Source: Verrucomicrobiia bacterium
GTDB taxonomy: Bacteria; Verrucomicrobiota; Verrucomicrobiia; Limisphaerales; UBA1319
Direction: 5' to 3'
Assembly (NCBI GenBank): GCA_963664225.1
Contig: OY760937.1
Span: forward strand, 5,600,001 to 5,664,000
DNA: 64,000 bases
Below the pieces are notes generated by a model. The model made no database searches. It had not been told where the DNA came from and saw only the letters and a list, made by a program, of their open reading frames with translations. Both the position numbers and the translations under genes were made by a program. Numbering within the stretch: position 1 is the stretch's first letter; each line of letters starts with the position of its first letter. Shown piece after piece: positions 57,933-64,000 of this stretch.

Positions 57933-59210
57933 TCAGCTCAACTTCCAAGGGCTGCGCATCGGTCTCGACAATAAGGAATTGGCTTCAGAATCGTTTTCGA
58001 ACAGTTCGGTTTGCGGATTCCATTTCAGCTTCCGACCAAGCTTTATGGAAAGGTTGGCCAGGTGACAGACTGAAGCAACACGGTGGCCAATATCGACGGG
58101 AAAATAGGGATCTTTGCGGGTTTTGACGCACTTCAGGAAATCAGCATGTTCGCCCTCTGGATTGGTATATAGGTGGATTTCGTTGGCCCCAATGGGCGAC
58201 TTTAGGATTTTTTCAGTACTGGCTTCAACCGCACCCAGCCATCCGCGATTGCCAACCCAGCCATCCGTGCCGATGAACTTAATACTTGGATCCCCGGGAA
58301 CGCAAGTCATGACCACACCATTGGCGTATTTGAAGGTGACGTCGTAATCTTTGACTGTGTTGTAGAGCCCGCCTTCCCAATAGCTGCCTTTGCCGACGAC
58401 CTCGATCGGGCCGCCGCGTTCAGAGTCATTGGCCCATTGAGCGGTATCGAATAAGTGCGCTCCCCAGTCGCAGATAATGCCGCCCGAATAGTCCTGAATC
58501 CATCGAAAGTTGAAATGAACACGGTCCTTGGTGTAAGGGGCAAAGGGTGCCGGTCCAAGCCACATGTCCCAGTCCAATTCAGGCGGAACGGGTTGAGGAG
58601 TGGGGTCACCGGCTGTCCCTGGCTGTTTGGGCAGGATCACTTCGATCTTCTGAAGCCTGCCAATCCGGCCATTACGAACCAGTTCAGCCATGCGGTGATA
58701 AACCGGAACCGAGCGATCCTCAGTGCTGGTTTGAAACACCCGGCCGTATTTCCTCATGGTTTCGATCAGGATTTTTCCTTCATTGATGGTGAGCGTGGGC
58801 TTCTCGCATTGCACATCCTTGCCGGCGCGCGCCGCCATTACGCTGATCAAGGTATGCCAGTGATCCGGTGTGGAGATCATCACCGCGTCGATATCCTTGC
58901 GGGCAAGAACCTCCCGGAAATCCCTGGTCACAGAGCAGTCCTTGTTCATGTACTGCTCATCCACGATTTCTTTGGCCCGCTTCATCCGATTGCCATCGAC
59001 ATCGCAGACGACCGCAACACGGGCTTCCTTGAGCTGGAGATAACGGCGGAGATTCCAACTCGTGCCATGATCTCCGACGCCGATGAAACCGACGTTGATC
59101 TTGTTGCTGGGGGCATCGGCGCCCAGCAATCGAGACGGAACGAGCAATGGCATGGCAATGGCAGTGGACCCCATGCGCATGAAAAGACGTCTGGATATTG
59201 TTTTTACCAT
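57933..59210 (-). CDS. Tat-exported Gfo/Idh/MocA oxidoreductase
   Basis: SRRLFMR, GFIGVGDHG, TPDHWH, CEKP, DWGAHLFD. Confidence 0.92.
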   Translation of the reverse strand: MVKTISRRLFMRMGSTAIAMPLLVPSRLLGADAPSNKINVGFIGVGDHGTSWNLRRYLQLKEARVAVVCDVDGNRMKRAKEIVDEQYMNKDCSVTRDFREVLARKDIDAVMISTPDHWHTLISVMAARAGKDVQCEKPTLTINEGKILIETMRKYGRVFQTSTEDRSVPVYHRMAELVRNGRIGRLQKIEVILPKQPGTAGDPTPQPVPPELDWDMWLGPAPFAPYTKDRVHFNFRWIQDYSGGIICDWGAHLFDTAQWANDSERGGPIEVVGKGSYWEGGLYNTVKDYDVTFKYANGVVMTCVPGDPSIKFIGTDGWVGNRGWLGAVEASTEKILKSPIGANEIHLYTNPEGEHADFLKCVKTRKDPYFPVDIGHRVASVCHLANLSIKLGRKLKWNPQTELFENDSEANSLLSRPMRSPWKLS

Positions 59211-59317
59211 AAAGCCTGGATGAAAGAGTTGACGTGCGATCCGTGCGGTCTATTCAACGACGCGGGACAAAATCCCGTCTGACAGAGGCGCGCCGCTTAT
59301 CTTCAAATGCTCAGAAT

Positions 59318-60739
59318 TCAGGTCGGTTGGATCGTGTTTGCCGAGGTTCCCGTTCCATTTGCCGATAGTTGTTTGGCCAGGCTCAACAGGGAAGTGCCTC
59401 CCGCGACTTGCTGTTCCGCATCACTAATGCGGGTCACTTCCTGGAGGACAGGAGCGCGGCTGGCATCATCCCGGGTTTGCACATCCACTCCGCTTCCAGA
59501 TCGCATCGCGTGAAGGATGTCATGACAGGTGATGGCATCCAGAGGCCGTGACGGGGTATAGGAAACATCAATGCCCGCAACCTCGATCAGCAAACCCGCT
59601 TTGAGAAGCGTCTGCATGACAGATGAAACCAGACGGGACGGCACCGCCAGTTGCGCGCACAATGCCTGCATGGGCAACGGCTTCTGTCCCCGGTAAAAAG
59701 AGTTTCCAATAAGGACCATTAATCGCATGGCGACAAACTCGCGGCTGCGCACATTGACATTATCTGCAAGCTTGCCCTGCAAATAGGCGCGCTGGTTTTG
59801 ATAAGCGTAAGCCACTTGCGCTCCAAAAAGCACGATCACCCAGGAAAAGTACATGCCGACCAGGAAGACCGGGACCATGGCGAAGCTGCCGTAAATCTTA
59901 CTGTAGGTCACCACTTTGGAAACGTATATGACGTTGAAGAGGTTGTTCGACTGCCAAAGTATGCCACCCACAGCGCCACCGACCAATGCCGCCTTCCAAT
60001 GAACCCGGGTGTTGGGCATGATGGCGTAAAATAATGAGAAACCGCAAATCAACAGGATAAAAGGCAGCAGCCCGAACAGCAGACTGCCGATGATGGGTAC
60101 ATAGGAGAGCAGTTTATGCGTGGCCAAAAAATAGGGGCCCGAAGTGAGTGCGATGGCAATGATGATAAAGATCGGTCCCAAGGTAATCGCGGCCCAATAT
60201 TGGACCACACGGGCGAACCAACTTCGTCCGCGCGTGACTCCCCAAATGTCGTTAAAGGTGGTTTCAATGGTGCTGAGCATCATGATTGCAACGAGGATCA
60301 AGGAAATAAAGCCGGTAGCCCCCAGGGTTCCGCTTCGGATATTGGCGACATATTCGGTGATTTTTTTGACAATCTCCCGCTGTCCCGAGGTGTCACCGGT
60401 TTTTGGGATAAGCCCCACTTGCGGCGCCGCGGTATCCACGAGGGTATTGATGAGTTGCTCAATGGGTTTTTCCCCCTGGCTTTGCAGCAGGCTAGTGGAT
60501 ACGCCGATAATGAGTGCCAGCAACGGGATCAAGGCAAGCAAAGTGGTATAGGCGAGGGCTGAGGCACGGACCGGACAGCGATTGCGTATGAAACTTTTGA
60601 TGACCATGAGCCAGAAGTGCGCAAATCGCAGGCCGCGCGACATCTGCGCCTCGTCTTTGGATTCCAAACCCTGCTCGCTCAGAAAAGCCTCGGCTTTAGC
60701 TTGGAGTTGCCCCCATTTTCCCATTGGTTCATTGGCCAT
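59318..60739 (-). CDS. YihY/BrkB-family membrane protein with a C-terminal HTH-like domain
   Basis: ASALAYTTLLALIP, IETTFNDIW, IYGSFAMVP. Start uncertain. Confidence 0.88.
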   Translation of the reverse strand: MANEPMGKWGQLQAKAEAFLSEQGLESKDEAQMSRGLRFAHFWLMVIKSFIRNRCPVRASALAYTTLLALIPLLALIIGVSTSLLQSQGEKPIEQLINTLVDTAAPQVGLIPKTGDTSGQREIVKKITEYVANIRSGTLGATGFISLILVAIMMLSTIETTFNDIWGVTRGRSWFARVVQYWAAITLGPIFIIIAIALTSGPYFLATHKLLSYVPIIGSLLFGLLPFILLICGFSLFYAIMPNTRVHWKAALVGGAVGGILWQSNNLFNVIYVSKVVTYSKIYGSFAMVPVFLVGMYFSWVIVLFGAQVAYAYQNQRAYLQGKLADNVNVRSREFVAMRLMVLIGNSFYRGQKPLPMQALCAQLAVPSRLVSSVMQTLLKAGLLIEVAGIDVSYTPSRPLDAITCHDILHAMRSGSGVDVQTRDDASRAPVLQEVTRISDAEQQVAGGTSLLSLAKQLSANGTGTSANTIQPT

Positions 60740-60931
60740 ACTTTTTACAATCGAATGATCGATCCTGGAAAACATCGTTTCCGGCTCTTTCCATGCCTCC
60801 AGACTGGTCACAGATGGTTGATAAAGTCAACGCAGCCGGTTTTAAGATGAACATGGCGCGCTTTTGTCGAATTCCTCACAAAACTTATAAATGCTTGTCC
60901 CAAGACGATTTTTTAATAAGTTTTCAAGCCA

Positions 60932-62242
60932 ATGAAGTCGAAATTAGAAAATCTGTATTTTGCGGTTCTGGCGGTAATGGGTGCGTTGCTGGTATGGACT
61001 GTTTGCGCCAGCGCTCAGACTAATGCGACCAATGCGACCGCGGGAATGACGAATCAAACCGGGTTGGAAACCACCAACAGGCCGTCGATGAATCTGCAGC
61101 ACATGCTCGAAAATACCGAGCCGCTGACTTTCGGATTGGACCGAGTGCCGTTCCTGCAAACTCATTTGTTCGGAAATCCTTTATGGAAGTATGCGGCGTC
61201 GCTCATTTACATTTTTCTGGCGTTTTATGTTTCCAAAATAATCGATTGGATCGTGCAGGTTTGGCTGAAGCGTTGGACGGCAAAAACGAAGACTAATTTC
61301 GACGATCTCTTGCTGGGATTGTTGCACGGTCCTATCAAAGTCGTCAGTTTCGTCATCCTGCTGCATATTGGCCTGAACCTGTTCATCTGGCCGGCCTGGG
61401 TTAATAATTACATCTCCAAAGCACTTCAATTAATCGTGGCGGGATCATTGACTTATGTGGGGTTGAAATTCATCGATCTGCTGATCAGTTATTGGAAGAT
61501 TCGCACCGGCAGGGAGGAGGATAAAGTCTTTAATGAAATGATTTTTCCCATGCTCGGCAAGGCGCTTAAAGCCTTTCTCGTCATCGTTGCCATTCTCGTC
61601 ACCGCTCAGAATCTGAATTTTAACATCACAAGCGTCCTGGCTTCACTTTCCATCGGTGGTCTGGCCCTTGGTCTCGCCGCTCAGGACACCGTGGCCAACC
61701 TGTTTGGCGCAGCGGCAGTTTTCATGGATAAGCCGTTTCGAATCGGGGACCGTATCAAACTTGAAGGTGGTGTGGATGGTGTGGTGGAAACCATCGGCCT
61801 GCGCAGCACGCGCGTGCGTAATTTGGATGGGCATTTGATTACGGTGCCTAATAAAACCATGGGTAACGCCACCATCACCAATGTCGCGATGCGACCCACA
61901 ATCAAGACGGAGATGGTCTTTGGCCTGACTTATGACACAAGCGCCGAACGGATGCGCAAGGCACTTGCCATTCTTAATGAGATATACCGTGGTCATCCGA
62001 TGACCCATGATGTGACCATCGCCTTTACGCAGTTTGCCGATTCTTCGCTCAATATTCAGGTGACCCACTGGTGGAAGAATACGGATTACAGGGTTTATTT
62101 ATTGGAGATGCAGGAAATCAATCTTGCCATCAAACAACGGTTCGATGCCGAGGGTCTGAGTTTTGCATTCCCGTCCCGCACTCTCTATGTCAAACAGGAT
62201 TCGGAGTGGCGCGTGGCGACTCCACCCGTTGCCAAAGCATAA
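60932..62242 (+). CDS. MscS-family mechanosensitive channel
   Basis: GGLALGLAAQDTVANLF, DKPFRIGD, IGLRSTR, VPN, FAFPSRT. Confidence 0.93.
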   Translation: MKSKLENLYFAVLAVMGALLVWTVCASAQTNATNATAGMTNQTGLETTNRPSMNLQHMLENTEPLTFGLDRVPFLQTHLFGNPLWKYAASLIYIFLAFYVSKIIDWIVQVWLKRWTAKTKTNFDDLLLGLLHGPIKVVSFVILLHIGLNLFIWPAWVNNYISKALQLIVAGSLTYVGLKFIDLLISYWKIRTGREEDKVFNEMIFPMLGKALKAFLVIVAILVTAQNLNFNITSVLASLSIGGLALGLAAQDTVANLFGAAAVFMDKPFRIGDRIKLEGGVDGVVETIGLRSTRVRNLDGHLITVPNKTMGNATITNVAMRPTIKTEMVFGLTYDTSAERMRKALAILNEIYRGHPMTHDVTIAFTQFADSSLNIQVTHWWKNTDYRVYLLEMQEINLAIKQRFDAEGLSFAFPSRTLYVKQDSEWRVATPPVAKA

Positions 62243-62290
62243 AACAAGAGACGACTGGCGCGATTCAAAGGCTGGATTACTTTAACGACA

Positions 62291-63361
62291 ATGAAAACCA
62301 AAGCGTTGGAATTTTTAAAAACCCTGGTCAATACACCCAGCCCTTCCGGACACGAATTTCGCGGGCAACGGGTCTGGCTGGACCATGTCAAAACCTTCGC
62401 CGACGAGACCTTCACCGATGCTTACGGAAATGCGGTTGCCGTCCTGAACAAGGGCGGATCCCCCCGGCTGATGCTCGCGGCACATGCCGACGAAATCGGG
62501 ATGGCCGTCAATTATATCAGCGAGGAGGGGTATATTTATGTGCGAAAATTGGGGGGGATAGACGCCGCCATAACCAAGGCGCAGCGTGTGGTCATCCATA
62601 CCCGAAAAGGTCCAGTGAAAGGAGTTGTCGGGAATGTGGCTCCCCATTTGACCAAGGATGAGGGCGAGAAAAAAGCGCCTAAAATTCACGATCTGTTTAT
62701 TGATATCGGCGTCAAAGACAAGCGTGAAGCCCAGGAATTGGTGCGGGTCGGAGATCCCATGACGTTGGACGATCAATTCGAGTTGCTCCGCAACAATCTG
62801 GCCATCGCGCGGGCGTTCGACAACCGGATCGGCACTTTCGCCGTGGCCGAAGCGCTTCGGATTCTTAAGGAAGACAAGATCAAACTCAAAGCCGAGATTT
62901 GCGCTGTTTCGAACATCATGGAGGAAGTTGGCCTGCTCGGGGCCCGCCAGATTGCCTATTCCTTGAAACCTGACGCTGCGTTGGTTGTGGATGTGACCCA
63001 CGCGACCGATTATCCCACCGTGAGCAAGGCTCAACATGGAGATATAAAAATCGGAGCCGGCCCGGCCATCACGCACGGTGGCTGCAATCATCCCGCCATT
63101 GTTGATCGCATCGAAGAAGTGGCGAAAAAGATGAAAATACCGCTTCAACACGAAACGATGTCCGCCAGCAGTGGGACGGATACGGATGTGATATTCTGGA
63201 CTCGTGGAGGCATTCCCAGCGGCTTGATCAGCCTCCCGGATCGCTACATGCATTCCTCGGTCGAGTTGATCAGTCTTGATGATCTTGATCAGGTGACGGA
63301 ATTGCTGGTCGGTTTTTCGGCCTCCCTGAAATCCGGGGAAATGTTCAAGGTCAAGATTTGA
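62291..63361 (+). CDS. M42-family metallo-aminopeptidase
   Basis: SPSGHE, AHADEIG, FDNRIG, EEVGL.GA, VDVT, GTDTD, RYMHS. Confidence 0.93.
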   Translation: MKTKALEFLKTLVNTPSPSGHEFRGQRVWLDHVKTFADETFTDAYGNAVAVLNKGGSPRLMLAAHADEIGMAVNYISEEGYIYVRKLGGIDAAITKAQRVVIHTRKGPVKGVVGNVAPHLTKDEGEKKAPKIHDLFIDIGVKDKREAQELVRVGDPMTLDDQFELLRNNLAIARAFDNRIGTFAVAEALRILKEDKIKLKAEICAVSNIMEEVGLLGARQIAYSLKPDAALVVDVTHATDYPTVSKAQHGDIKIGAGPAITHGGCNHPAIVDRIEEVAKKMKIPLQHETMSASSGTDTDVIFWTRGGIPSGLISLPDRYMHSSVELISLDDLDQVTELLVGFSASLKSGEMFKVKI

Positions 63362-63466
63362 AGGGTATGCCTGGCGCACCCCGGCTTGATTGTTCTCGAT
63401 ACGGAGTGTGAGAATGTGTAAAGCCCGGGTGCCTCGTTATGGTGAAATGAAAAACGGAGAGAAGTG

Positions 63467-64000
63467 ATGCGCAAACAAGCGTCGATGAGGATTTTGGCCA
63501 AGATTCTATCGTTGGCGGTGTTCACAATGGCGACGGTGTTGGCTGCGGCCTTCACAGTGCCGCCTTATGGAGCTCCGACTCCGGTGGAATTGCGATGCGA
63601 GTATTTGAAGAATCCGCTTGGGATCGATGATCTCCATCCGCGCCTGTGTTGGAAAACCGACACAACAAAGGATGGGTGGCAATCCGTGCGCGGAATCATG
63701 GAGTCGGCGTATCGCATTCTGGTGGCCTCGTCGCCGGAAAAGCTCTCCAAGGAGGAAGGCGATCTGTGGGATAGCGGGAAAGTGGTGTCTGAGCAAAGCC
63801 AGAACGTCGAGTATGCCGGGAAGCCCATGGCGACACGCCAACGCTGCCATTGGAAGGTGAAGATATGGGATCCCAACGGCAGGGTGTCGGCATGGAGCGC
63901 GCCGGCGCAGTGGACGATGGGATTGTTGAACGCGGAAGATTGGCAGGCACACTGGATCACCGCGGATAAAAGAAACAATGCGCCACTCCAGGGACTGCCA
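63467..64000 (+). CDS. Alpha-L-rhamnosidase-like (GH78-type N-terminal domain), partial; not in ORF track
   Basis: Manual translation: signal peptide, then LRCEYLKNPLGIDDLHPRLCW...AYRILVASS...DLWDSGKV...YAGKP...WKVKIWD. Confidence 0.85.
   Translation, partial: MRKQASMRILAKILSLAVFTMATVLAAAFTVPPYGAPTPVELRCEYLKNPLGIDDLHPRLCWKTDTTKDGWQSVRGIMESAYRILVASSPEKLSKEEGDLWDSGKVVSEQSQNVEYAGKPMATRQRCHWKVKIWDPNGRVSAWSAPAQWTMGLLNAEDWQAHWITADKRNNAPLQGLP

Overview
64-kb bacterial chromosomal segment. Gene style suggests Verrucomicrobiota/PVC (inference from Tat-exported Gfo/Idh/MocA paralogues, HEAT-repeat protein, fused lpxC-fabZ, three-domain IspG and short HemA). Housekeeping and metabolic genes: Mla-type ABC cluster, maf, gltA, xylA, nfo, 2-oxoacid dehydrogenase E1a/E1b/E2, hemC-hemA-ccsA, ispG-rseP, tmk, lpxC/fabZ-lpxA, deoC, tkt, mscS, M42 peptidase and a partial GH78. 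Notable accessory content: (i) two complete RT-encoding group II introns (4130-6096 minus; 11119-13093 plus). The second has EBS1/EBS2 matching the terminal inverted repeat of a 164-bp hairpin MITE and sits exactly at that end. The first appears to have a non-canonical GAAAGCG 5' end. (ii) A divergent MglA GTPase locus with MglB, up to three further Roadblock-like domains, a REC-DUF4388 regulator and putative membrane-targeting helices. (iii) A 2488-aa internally duplicated membrane protein with an internal signal-peptide-like segment and a degenerate prepilin-like motif. (iv) Two secreted proteins carrying five copies of a ~205-aa domain I cannot name. (v) A 38-aa lipoprotein missing from the ORF track. 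No rRNA, tRNA or CRISPR array was seen. All calls come from reading the sequence; no database searches were run.
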